Assembly: GCA_050740055.1 (NCBI GenBank)
Contig: JBOICL010000118.1
Span: forward strand, 1 to 41,870
Origin: Stenotrophobium sp.
Lineage (GTDB): Bacteria; Pseudomonadota; Gammaproteobacteria; Nevskiales; Nevskiaceae
Length of the DNA: 41,870 nucleotides
Direction: 5' to 3'
Shown: positions 8,209 through 16,239 of the stretch, piece after piece
Numbering within the stretch: the first letter of the stretch is position 1
How the letters are laid out: the number at the start of each line of letters is the position of its first letter
Notes under the pieces: model-generated
The model's input: only the letters and a program-made list of their open reading frames with translations
Database searches by the model: none
Told to the model about the DNA's origin: nothing
Made by a program: the position numbers and the translations under genes

Positions 8209-8775
8209 ATGCGCATCGGCTACGCCCGAGTGTCGACCAGAGATCAAGATACGGCGGCGCAGCTTGGCGCACTGAAGACGGCCGGCTGTGAGCTTATCTT
8301 CCAGGAAAAAGCGTCCGGCGGGCGCTGGGAACGGCCCGAGCTGCATCGACTTCTCGGACAACTACGCAAGGGCGATGTGGTGGTGGTCTGGAAGCTGGAC
8401 CGCCTGTCGCGCTCGTTGAAAGACGTCTTGACGCTGATGGAGAAGATCCAGCACGCCGGTGCCGGGTTCCACAGCGTGACCGAAGCGATCGACACCACCT
8501 CGCCGGCAGGACGCATGATGATGCAGATGGTGGGGGCGTTCGCCGAATTCGAGCGTGCCATGCTGCGCGAACGTACCAAACACGGGTTGGAAGCGGCACG
8601 GAAGGATGGCCGCATTGGCGGGCGGCGCCCCAAGCTCAAGGTGCCCCAAGAGCAGGAAATAGTGAAGCTGGTGCGTACGGGTCAGAAAACGGCCGCGGAT
8701 GCCGCTCGACTATTCAATGTGCATCCCGCCACCGTGTCGCGGCTGCTTGCGCGGAATCGCCCAACACGGGCTTAA
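8209..8775 (+). CDS. tnpR: Serine recombinase / resolvase
   Basis: IGYARVST, VWKLDRLSRS, AFAEFER, GGRRPKL, C-terminal HTH; the stop TAA lies inside the right IR. Confidence 0.95.
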   Translation: MRIGYARVSTRDQDTAAQLGALKTAGCELIFQEKASGGRWERPELHRLLGQLRKGDVVVVWKLDRLSRSLKDVLTLMEKIQHAGAGFHSVTEAIDTTSPAGRMMMQMVGAFAEFERAMLRERTKHGLEAARKDGRIGGRRPKLKVPQEQEIVKLVRTGQKTAADAARLFNVHPATVSRLLARNRPTRA

Positions 8776-8808
8776 GTGCATCTGCCGTTCCACTGCGCCT
8801 CAAACCCC
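8771..8808 (-). repeat. Right 38-bp terminal inverted repeat
   Basis: CTTAAGTGCATCTGCCGTTCCACTGCGCCTCAAACCCC is the reverse complement of the left IR with one mismatch. Confidence 0.95.
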
Positions 8809-8827
8809 GATATCGCATAGAGCGGGT
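8809..8827. repeat. Probable right-hand remnant of a 108-bp element
   Basis: AGAGCGGGT at 8819-8827 followed by GA, 10 bp outside the transposon end and 24 bp from the rdgC stop. Confidence 0.5.
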
Positions 8828-8851
8828 GACGGTTTAACCCGCAGCAGCACA

Positions 8852-9748
8852 TCAACCTTCCTCGCCGCCAAGAACTGAAACCAGGTCCACCATCATCTTG
8901 TTCAGCTCGCCGGTCATCAGCGTGAAATCGGCGTCGAACTGTTCTTCAAGATTCTGCGTACCGCCATCCTCGCGGTTCTTTTCCATGTCCAGGAATTTCA
9001 GCCGCTTGACCTGATGCTGCTCACTGAGCACCAGCGACAAGCGCCCGTTCCAGGTCAGCCCCAGCCGCGTCGCCGCCTTGCCGGAGGAGATGTGCTGGCG
9101 GATGTCCTTACCTTCCAAGCCGTGACGCAGGTAGCGCACGGTAGATTTGGTCTCGTCCGCACCGCAGAGTTCGCAGTCCTGGTCGAATTCGAAGGCGCCG
9201 GGCGCGGCGCCCGCATTCAGCCACGCCGTCATCGCGGCGGAGGGCGACTGCTTCGTCTGCACTGGCGTCACCACGAGTTCGCCGAGCGCATCGCGCAAGG
9301 CGACGGTGACTTCCTCAGCGCGCAGCGGCGAGGAGGCATCCACGATCATCCAGTGATTCACTGGGTCTATCCACGCGCGCATGCTGCGCCGGCGCGCGAA
9401 AGCGCGAGGCAGCAGCTCGGTGGTCACGCGCTCGCTGATTTCGCGCATCTGCTTGCGGCCGGGCTTGAAGCCCTGCTGCGTCTCGATCTGCGTCGCGCGC
9501 TCCTTCGCCACCTGCTTCACCACCGCCGACGGCAGCAGCTTCTGCTCCACGCCCAGCGCGATCAGCATGTGACGGTTGAGCGAGCGCACCAGTTGACCGT
9601 CATCGCAGGGCGCAACCCAGCCGCGGCTCTGCATTGCCATGCCAGAACAGGCTTGCAGCGGATGGCGCGCAAGCTGCTCCTCCAGTTGCGCGGGCGGCAT
9701 CGCCCAGCCGGCGGGCAAACGATAGAGCTGAAGGTTTCTGAACCACAT
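8852..9748 (-). CDS. rdgC: Recombination-associated protein RdgC
   Basis: MWFRNLQLYRL, SRGWVAP, EQKLLPSAVV, ELLPRAF, FDADFTLMTGEL. Confidence 0.95.
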   Translation of the reverse strand: MWFRNLQLYRLPAGWAMPPAQLEEQLARHPLQACSGMAMQSRGWVAPCDDGQLVRSLNRHMLIALGVEQKLLPSAVVKQVAKERATQIETQQGFKPGRKQMREISERVTTELLPRAFARRRSMRAWIDPVNHWMIVDASSPLRAEEVTVALRDALGELVVTPVQTKQSPSAAMTAWLNAGAAPGAFEFDQDCELCGADETKSTVRYLRHGLEGKDIRQHISSGKAATRLGLTWNGRLSLVLSEQHQVKRLKFLDMEKNREDGGTQNLEEQFDADFTLMTGELNKMMVDLVSVLGGEEG

Positions 9749-9897
9749 GAGAAGTGTTTTTGGTTTGAGATCGGAAAACGAAAAGGCCAATCCTGGGACT
9801 GGCCTTGCAACGCGGGCGCGGATAATAACAGTCCGCCCTAGTGGTAAAACATGGCGCTGCAAAATTTTTCTGCGGCCCGCTGCGCCCGGCAGGATTT

Positions 9898-10890
9898 TCA
9901 GCGCGCCGTAGACGCTGCTTTGTCGCGAGCGGTGATCGCCTCGCGTATGCCGGCCAGTGGCGCATCTGCCACAAAACGCACGCCGCTATCGTCCGCCTCC
10001 ACACCCAGGCGCTGCCACAGCGCATCGAGTTCGGCGCGTCCCGGACCGGGCGCATCCTTCATGCGGCGATACAGCTCCGTCAGCACCGGCACGCCGACGG
10101 CTTGATCGCCTGCGGCCAGCACGCGCGAAACCGGCCAGTCCTCGCGGATATCGCCGTCGGCCACAAGCACGCCGCGCAAGGCGTCGCGCAGACCAAAATG
10201 ATTATTTGTGCGGCTGCGAATCCCGACATCGGCAAGCAGGCAGAACAACGCGCCGCCCCAGTAGATGCGGCCCCAGGTCGGCGTGCGGTCGAGACCGCGG
10301 TCGCCCGATTGCGGCAATCCCTGCGGCATGTCACGAAACATATCGCCCCAGACACGCTGATCGCTAAGCTGCCCCTGCTGCGCTCGGGCGATAGGCTCAA
10401 CATAGGTCGCGATGCCCTCCTCCAGCCACTCGCTGTCGTCGGGAACCGACGGCACCGCCAGATGCACCATCTCGTGCGTCATGACCCAGTCGTCGTCGAG
10501 TTGCGCCTGCCGCGTCTCGCGTCCCAGCGGAATCACGATCAGCGGACCGCCGTCCGCGCCACCATAGGTTTTGCCGCCTCGTACACCTGCGCCGCTGACC
10601 GGCTTGATCACGATGCGCACCGTGTTCACGGGGTAGCGGCCGAAATAGCCGCCGACAGCGACCGCCGCGCGCATGATCCAGCCGCAGATCGGACCTGCGC
10701 CAAAGACGAATTCTTTTGCATCGAAGGAAACGTGAATATCGGCGCCACCGAACTGAATCGCGCCGCCAGAAGCACAGCCCTGCACTACGGATGCTGGTGC
10801 CACGACCGGCGGCGATTGGGGCAAAGTTTCGGCAGCCTGCGCGACAAAGGCTGTCGTGATTGCGCCAAATAGGAATCCGGCGTTCATCAT
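9898..10890 (-). CDS. Secreted gluzincin-type metallopeptidase-like protein
   Basis: Signal peptide (AFVAQA-AE), HEMVH followed by WLEEGIATY. Start codon uncertain (10887-10932). Confidence 0.75.
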   Translation of the reverse strand: MMNAGFLFGAITTAFVAQAAETLPQSPPVVAPASVVQGCASGGAIQFGGADIHVSFDAKEFVFGAGPICGWIMRAAVAVGGYFGRYPVNTVRIVIKPVSGAGVRGGKTYGGADGGPLIVIPLGRETRQAQLDDDWVMTHEMVHLAVPSVPDDSEWLEEGIATYVEPIARAQQGQLSDQRVWGDMFRDMPQGLPQSGDRGLDRTPTWGRIYWGGALFCLLADVGIRSRTNNHFGLRDALRGVLVADGDIREDWPVSRVLAAGDQAVGVPVLTELYRRMKDAPGPGRAELDALWQRLGVEADDSGVRFVADAPLAGIREAITARDKAASTAR

Positions 10891-10955
10891 CCTTTTTATT
10901 GCTTGCCCGGTCATCGTAACCAGCCTCTGCACAGGTGTTACGGCCAGCCCGTAGT

Positions 10956-12203
10956 CTACGCCGCGCGGTCAGCCCCAATCCCGACCACGAATCCGCAGAC
11001 GGTACCGAATGCGCCGCCGATATTGAGCGTGCCGAAGCGGCTGGCGCCGTGCACCTGGTAGTCGCCCGCCATGCTGGTGACCTGCTTTGCGGCGTCGGCC
11101 AGCATCCTCACGCCGGTCGCGCCCACCGGGTGGCCGCCGCCGATCAGCCCACCGGAAGGATTGACCGGAAACCGCCCGTTCATGGCTATCTCGCCACTCT
11201 CGACCAGCCGCTGCCCCTGTCCCGGCTCGGCGAGTCCCGCGTGTTCAATCAGCAGCAGCTCGGTCATTGCAAAACAATCGTGCAGTTCGATCCCGTCCAG
11301 GCTGCGGATGTCCGCACAGCCGGCACGGCGCAGCGCGTCGTTCATGGCATCGGCCACGTAGGGAAACATCAGGCCTCCCACTGCGCTGCGCTGGAGTTTG
11401 GGCCGGAACGGCAGATCGGCGGTGCGATGGCCCCAGCCAAGAATGCGCGGCAAGTCTTCGGGATTCAGCGCCCGCTCCCGTGCGTGACGAGCGGCAAATT
11501 CAGCGGATGCAAGAATCAGGGCCGCGCCGCCGTCGGTGATCTGCGCGCACTGGTTGCGGCGGACGCCGGGCTCGATTTGAGGATTCGCGGCATCGCCATC
11601 CATGAAGCTGCCGTCGCGAAACGCCCAGCCGCGCGTCTGTGCACAGGGATTGCGGCGCGCGTTCTCGAAATTATTGCGGGCGATTCCGTGCAGCAGCGCG
11701 GGATCAAGTCCGTAGCGCCGCTCGTATTCACGGTTGAGTTCGCCGAAGACGCGGGGCCACATGAAGCGCCCTGGCATCGGTTCATGGCCCACCCACGCCG
11801 CCGCATTCATGTTGGCGGAGGTCTCGTCACCGGGCATGTTCCTCTCCTCCTCCGCGCCCAGCACCAGCACGCAGTCGTAGCGCCCGGCCTCGATCTCCGA
11901 CATGGCCGCCAGCACGGCGACGGAGCCGGAGGCGCAGGCCGCTTCATGCCGCATGGCCGGAACGCCGATCAATTCAGGCATGACCGAGGCCGGCATCGCG
12001 CCCATGTGCGCCTGTCCGCGCTGGAGTTCGCCGAAGGCGTTGGCGACGTGGATCGATTGAATGTCCTTCACGTCCAACCGGCTGGCTGCTAGAACGCCCT
12101 GCACCGCCTCGCGGACGATACCGGAAATATCCTCGCCCTCGCGCGACCAGGGCCGGGCGAAGTCCGTCTGGTAATTGCCGAGTATGAATACCGGTTTGGT
12201 CAT
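10956..12203 (-). CDS. Thiolase (SCP2-type acetyl-CoA acyltransferase)
   Basis: EAACASG, HDCF, NPSGG, GHPVGATG motifs. Confidence 0.9.
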   Translation of the reverse strand: MTKPVFILGNYQTDFARPWSREGEDISGIVREAVQGVLAASRLDVKDIQSIHVANAFGELQRGQAHMGAMPASVMPELIGVPAMRHEAACASGSVAVLAAMSEIEAGRYDCVLVLGAEEERNMPGDETSANMNAAAWVGHEPMPGRFMWPRVFGELNREYERRYGLDPALLHGIARNNFENARRNPCAQTRGWAFRDGSFMDGDAANPQIEPGVRRNQCAQITDGGAALILASAEFAARHARERALNPEDLPRILGWGHRTADLPFRPKLQRSAVGGLMFPYVADAMNDALRRAGCADIRSLDGIELHDCFAMTELLLIEHAGLAEPGQGQRLVESGEIAMNGRFPVNPSGGLIGGGHPVGATGVRMLADAAKQVTSMAGDYQVHGASRFGTLNIGGAFGTVCGFVVGIGADRAA

Positions 12204-12286
12204 GCCTGCCCCTGCCCTGTGGTGAGAGTCACCAGACTCATACGCTTGAGCCGGCTTTCCCGATGCAAAGGCTAATGAATCTGTTG

Positions 12287-12313
12287 TGCATCCGGGCCAT
12301 GAATGAACCCGTA
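12287..12313 (+). promoter_or_regulatory. Putative ECF-sigma promoter copy 1
   Basis: TGCATCC-N16-CGTA upstream of the TonB-receptor relic. Confidence 0.7.
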
Positions 12314-12325
12314 TTCGCAAGAACT

Positions 12326-12529
12326 ATGAAGCTATCCCTCCGCTAACTGTTCACGCGTAACCTGCATGTGTCGCTGCAAGCCACCAACCTGTTCAACAGC
12401 CGCGATCACGACATCGATTACTACTACGTCTCGCGCCTCAAGGGTGAAGCGGCCACCGGCTATGCCGACGATCACTTCCATCCGGTCGAGCCCATCGATG
12501 CCCGCATCGTGACCCGATACACGTTTTGA
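12326..12529 (+). pseudogene. TonB-dependent receptor remnant (C-terminal 60 codons)
   Basis: ATG...MKLSLR* then in frame LFTRNLHVSLQATNLFNSRDHDIDYYYVSRLKGEAATGYADDHFHPVEPIDARIVTRYTF*. NLFN motif and terminal Y-x-F of outer-membrane barrels. Confidence 0.8.
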
Positions 12530-12546
12530 TGAGTGATTCGTACGCC

Positions 12547-12573
12547 TGCATCCAGATCGAAAATCCTTGCGTA
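12547..12573 (+). promoter_or_regulatory. Putative ECF-sigma promoter copy 2
   Basis: TGCATCC-N16-CGTA, 38 bp upstream of the DUF4331 start. Confidence 0.75.
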
Positions 12574-12611
12574 TGGACTCTACGTCAGTCACACCTTGGG
12601 AGAATCAGAAG

Positions 12612-14171
12612 ATGAATCGCACCCTGCAAAGAGTTTTGCTGGCCGGCGTTTGTGCTGCCGTGGCCAGTTCCGCCGCATTCGCGTCCAGCCACCGCGAAGC
12701 GCCCTTTGTCGCCGGCATGCCGCGCATCGACGGCACCGACTTTTACATGTTCAACAGCTATGAGGCGGGCCGCAGCAGCTTCGTGACCATCCTCGCCAAC
12801 TACAACCCTCTACAAGACTCTTACGGTGGACCGAACTATTTCTCGCTCGATCCCGATGCGCTTTATGAAATCGAGATCGACAACAACGGCGACTCGCACG
12901 AAGACCTCACCTTCCAATTCCAGTTCAAAAGCAATTTCAAGGGCGTCGCACTGCCGACGGGCGGCCCCAACAACGTCGGCATCCCGCTGGTCAATTTCGG
13001 GCCGACAGCCGCGACCGACACGACAGGCAGCATGCTGAATGTGACGGAGAGCTACACGGTCAACCTCGTGCGCGGCGACCGCCGCACCGGCACCAGCGCA
13101 CCGGTGACCAATGCAGCGGACGGCACCACCACCTTCACCAAACCGGTGGACAACATCGGCAACAAGTCGATTCCCGACTACCCGGACTACGCAAAAAACT
13201 TCATCTACAACGTCAACATCCCCGGCTGCACAGCGCCAACCGGCCAGAGCGCCAAGCTGTTCGTGGGCCAGCGCGCGGAAGGTTTCGTGGTGAATCTTGG
13301 CCAGGTGTTTGACCTCATCAACCTCAACCCGCTGGGCACACGCAATTCCGCGGCGACTGCGGCCAACCCCACAGGCAGCATCATCAGCGACAAGAACATC
13401 ACCACGCTCGCGCTGGAAGTCCCGGCAAGCTGCCTGACGAACGGCACCGATCCAGTCATCGGCGGCTGGACCACTTCCAGTATCCGTCAGAGCCGTGTGC
13501 TGAATCCTGCACCGCAGGCACCCTACACCACTGCGACGGCAACCGGCCCCGAAGTGACGGGCGGCCCGTGGACGCAGGTCTCGCGTCTCGGCTCGCCGTT
13601 GGTCAACGAGGTCGTTATCGGCCTGGGCGACAAGGACAAGTTCAATGACAGCGTGCCCGCGAATGATGTCGCCAACTTCGGCCAGTACGTTCTGTATCCG
13701 ACGTTGCCGGTGCTGGTGAACGCGCTGTTCAAGGTGCCGCCGCCTCCAACGCCACGCAACGACCTGCTCGCCGCGTTCGTGACCGGCATCACGGCGACCG
13801 TCAATGGCGCGTCGTTCAAATACACCGCGCCGGCGAACCTGACCGTGCCGGGTGAAATGCTGCGCCTCAACACCGCCATTCCGGCGGAGCCGATCGGCCA
13901 GCAGAATGACCTGGGCTTCCTTGGCTGCGACTTGGCGGGCTTCCCAAATGGCCGCCGTCCGGTGGACGACGTGGTGGACATCGAACTGACAGTTGCCGAG
14001 GGTGCAATCACGCCGACCAACCCCAACAGCCTGCAGACCTGCAATGTCGCCGGTGCGGCACCTGTGGTGGTCAATGCTGGCGCGGTGGTCAACGACGGCG
14101 CGCGCCCCGATCCGAACGCCTACCTCACGGTGTTCCCGTATCTCAACAACCCGCATCCGGGTTCACCGTAA
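12612..14171 (+). CDS. Secreted DUF4331-domain protein
   Basis: Signal peptide then SSHREAP, DGTDFYMF, WTQVSRLGSPLVNEV, GFPNGRRPVDDVVDI, FPYL. Confidence 0.9.
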   Translation: MNRTLQRVLLAGVCAAVASSAAFASSHREAPFVAGMPRIDGTDFYMFNSYEAGRSSFVTILANYNPLQDSYGGPNYFSLDPDALYEIEIDNNGDSHEDLTFQFQFKSNFKGVALPTGGPNNVGIPLVNFGPTAATDTTGSMLNVTESYTVNLVRGDRRTGTSAPVTNAADGTTTFTKPVDNIGNKSIPDYPDYAKNFIYNVNIPGCTAPTGQSAKLFVGQRAEGFVVNLGQVFDLINLNPLGTRNSAATAANPTGSIISDKNITTLALEVPASCLTNGTDPVIGGWTTSSIRQSRVLNPAPQAPYTTATATGPEVTGGPWTQVSRLGSPLVNEVVIGLGDKDKFNDSVPANDVANFGQYVLYPTLPVLVNALFKVPPPPTPRNDLLAAFVTGITATVNGASFKYTAPANLTVPGEMLRLNTAIPAEPIGQQNDLGFLGCDLAGFPNGRRPVDDVVDIELTVAEGAITPTNPNSLQTCNVAGAAPVVVNAGAVVNDGARPDPNAYLTVFPYLNNPHPGSP

Positions 14172-14184
14172 GGGGTGAACGGAC

Positions 14185-14436
14185 ATGACTAAAAGACACT
14201 TGCTGATTGCTATAACGATCCTGGCCACGGTGCTGCTGTCGGGCTGTAATTTCTTCAGCAACGACAACAATTCGGCCACCGCGCCGACCGTCAACAGTTT
14301 CGCAAAAGGCCAGATCAACACCGCAACCTGTAACCAGGGCTCGCCGCAGGACATCAACAGCGTGACCTTCGCATCGGATGAAACGCCGGTGGATGTCACC
14401 ACGCTCAAGCCCGCCTGTACGCAACCGGGCGGCTGA
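14185..14436 (+). CDS. Small lipoprotein (83 aa)
   Basis: Lipobox LLSG-C; co-oriented 13 bp after DUF4331; followed by a terminator. Confidence 0.8.
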   Translation: MTKRHLLIAITILATVLLSGCNFFSNDNNSATAPTVNSFAKGQINTATCNQGSPQDINSVTFASDETPVDVTTLKPACTQPGG

Positions 14437-14467
14437 ACTGCGGCACAGAAATTCTCCTTCCCGACTG

Positions 14468-14492
14468 GCCCCGCATCTGCGGGGCTTTTTTT
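14468..14492 (+). terminator. Intrinsic terminator
   Basis: GCCCCGC-ATCT-GCGGGGC followed by T7. Confidence 0.85.
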
Positions 14493-14615
14493 GCCTGCAT
14501 GTTATAAATGGAACTGCGCTGCGTCTCTCATGCAGTGACCCGGTAAAACAAAAGCCGGTTATTATTCTTCCCTCGCCCATAACCCGGGCCAGTTGCCCCA
14601 GACCAATAACTTCCA

Positions 14616-15170
14616 ATGGCCGACGCTGAACACCTGACCCAGCTTCTTGCAGCCACCGCTGCGGGAGACCAGCGCGCGTTCCGCGAACTCTATACGTCCA
14701 GTTCATCGCAACTGTTTGGCCTGCTGATACGTATTCTCAAGCGACGGGACTGGGCAGAGGAGGCCCTTCAGGATTGCTTCCTGAAGATCTGGCAGAAGGC
14801 GGCGACTTACGAACCAGGCAAGGGTGCGCCGCTGACCTGGCTGATGACCGTGGCCCGCTACCGTGCGCTGGATCTGTTGCGCATGAAGCGGCCTGAAGTG
14901 GAGATGCCCGAAGAGGGCGAGGAACCGCCGTACTCGATGGCCGATGCGACTGAAAGCCCGGAAGACCGGGCGGTCGAAAGCGAGGGCATGGGGCGGCTTG
15001 AGAACTGTATGAAAGGTTTGCAGGAGGAACAGCGGCAGAGCGTGCTGCTGGCCTACTACGAGGGCTACACCCACCAGGAGCTGGCGGAGCGCCTGCGCGC
15101 GCCGTTGGGCACGGTAAAAAGCTGGGTGCGCCGCGGTCTGGCGCGTTTGCGCGAGTGTCTGGAGCAATGA
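14616..15170 (+). CDS. ECF sigma-70 factor (SigK-like)
   Basis: GDQRAFRELY, AEEALQDCFLKIW, WLMTVARYRALD, LAYYEGYTHQELA..L..PLGTVKSWVRRGL. Confidence 0.93.
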   Translation: MADAEHLTQLLAATAAGDQRAFRELYTSSSSQLFGLLIRILKRRDWAEEALQDCFLKIWQKAATYEPGKGAPLTWLMTVARYRALDLLRMKRPEVEMPEEGEEPPYSMADATESPEDRAVESEGMGRLENCMKGLQEEQRQSVLLAYYEGYTHQELAERLRAPLGTVKSWVRRGLARLRECLEQ

Positions 15171-15928
15171 ACTACCAGAACCCCAAGTTGCGCCGGATGC
15201 TGGCTGCCGAGTACGTCCTCGGCACCCTGCACGGCCCCGCGCGCAAGCGTTTCCAGCGCCTGTTGCGCACGGATGCCGCCGCAGTTGCGGAAACGCGCTA
15301 CTGGGAAGCCCGCCTGAGCGAACTCAACCAAGGCATCAGGCCGGTCACGCCGCGCCCGCTGGTCTGGGCCAGCATCGAATACAGCACGAAAGCCGCCGCG
15401 AACAAGGTCACGCCCATCAAGCGCCCCGCGGCTGCCGCTGCCCCGCGCTCAAGCCTCTGGCGCGTCTGGGCAGTCGTCTCTACTGCCGCCTCCGTCGCCC
15501 TCGGCATCGGCCTGTGGCAGCAGTTGCAGAAACCGCCGCAGGTCGTCACTGAGACCCGCACCGTGCGCGTGGAGGTGCCGGTGAAGGAGCCGCTGCCCTA
15601 CGTGGCGGTACTGCAACCCGCAAAATCCACCGCCTCCTGGAAAGTCTCGGTCTATCCCGACCGCGGCCTGATCAAGGTCGCCGCCATCGGCCGCTACGCC
15701 GTGGACGAGAACGCGCACAGCCTGGAACTGTGGGTGATCGAGGAGTCCGGCCCCAAGCCCCTGGGCCTGCTGCCCCTCACCGGCGAAGGCGAATTGACCA
15801 TGCCCAAGAATGTGCAGGTCGCCGGAGACATAACCCTCGCGGTCAGCCTCGAACCGCATGGCGGTTCGCCCACTGGACTGCCTACCGGACCGGTGCTGCT
15901 GGCTGCACCCGCGGTGCAGGCGTTGTAG
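15167..15928 (+). CDS. RskA-family anti-sigma factor
   Basis: LAAEYVLGTL, single TM, ELWVI, AVSLEPHGGSPTGLPTGPV; ATGA coupling to the sigma gene. Confidence 0.92.
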   Translation: MNYQNPKLRRMLAAEYVLGTLHGPARKRFQRLLRTDAAAVAETRYWEARLSELNQGIRPVTPRPLVWASIEYSTKAAANKVTPIKRPAAAAAPRSSLWRVWAVVSTAASVALGIGLWQQLQKPPQVVTETRTVRVEVPVKEPLPYVAVLQPAKSTASWKVSVYPDRGLIKVAAIGRYAVDENAHSLELWVIEESGPKPLGLLPLTGEGELTMPKNVQVAGDITLAVSLEPHGGSPTGLPTGPVLLAAPAVQAL

Positions 15929-15962
15929 GAGCAACCGACTCTAGATGTGCGGCACCCGCCCG

Positions 15963-16084
15963 CGACACGGTGTTTTTGCGTGGCAAAACGGGTGCGGGAG
16001 CGGGCGGTGGGGTGCCGACCTTCACTGGTCGCGGGCTTCCGGGCGCCTCCCGCATCCATTGCCCTTCGAGCAAGCACCGTGTCG
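15963..16084. other. GC-rich ~122-nt foldback between convergent genes
   Basis: CGACACGGTG(15963-72)/CACCGTGTCG(16075-84); GGCAA/TTGCC; GGGTGCGGGAG(15990-16000)/CTCCCGCATCC(16047-57); apical CGACC/GGTCG. Confidence 0.6.
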
Positions 16085-16086
16085 GC

Positions 16087-16194
16087 ACCCGCTCTGCCGG
16101 TTTTCCATCGGATTGATGTTAATAATTATATATTAAAGTTATATTTAATCAATATTATATCACAACATGGTAGTAACATTTCAGCAGAGCGGGT
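16087..16194. repeat. 108-bp intergenic element, copy 1
   Basis: ACCCGCTCT...AGAGCGGGT; AT core 16117-16164 bounded by TGTTA/TCACA. Confidence 0.9.
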
Positions 16195-16239
16195 AACCCG
16201 TGAGCAGTTACCTGCCCCTTTGATCCCACACGGTGTAAC

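Larger units (their letters stand above)
193..8808. mobile_element. Tn3-family unit transposon (8616 bp) with metal/redox cargo and TA module
   Basis: 38-bp terminal IRs differing at 1 position enclose a Tn3-type tnpA, res, TA pair and serine resolvase. Confidence 0.95.

Noticed and set aside
14493..14615. Autoregulatory ECF promoter upstream of the sigma gene
   Set aside because: TGCATGT at 14496 has no CGTA at 16-bp spacing.
15963..16084. Foldback as SRP RNA or 6S RNA
   Set aside because: The SRP GGAA-loop/AGCAG motif and recognisable 6S features were not found on either strand.
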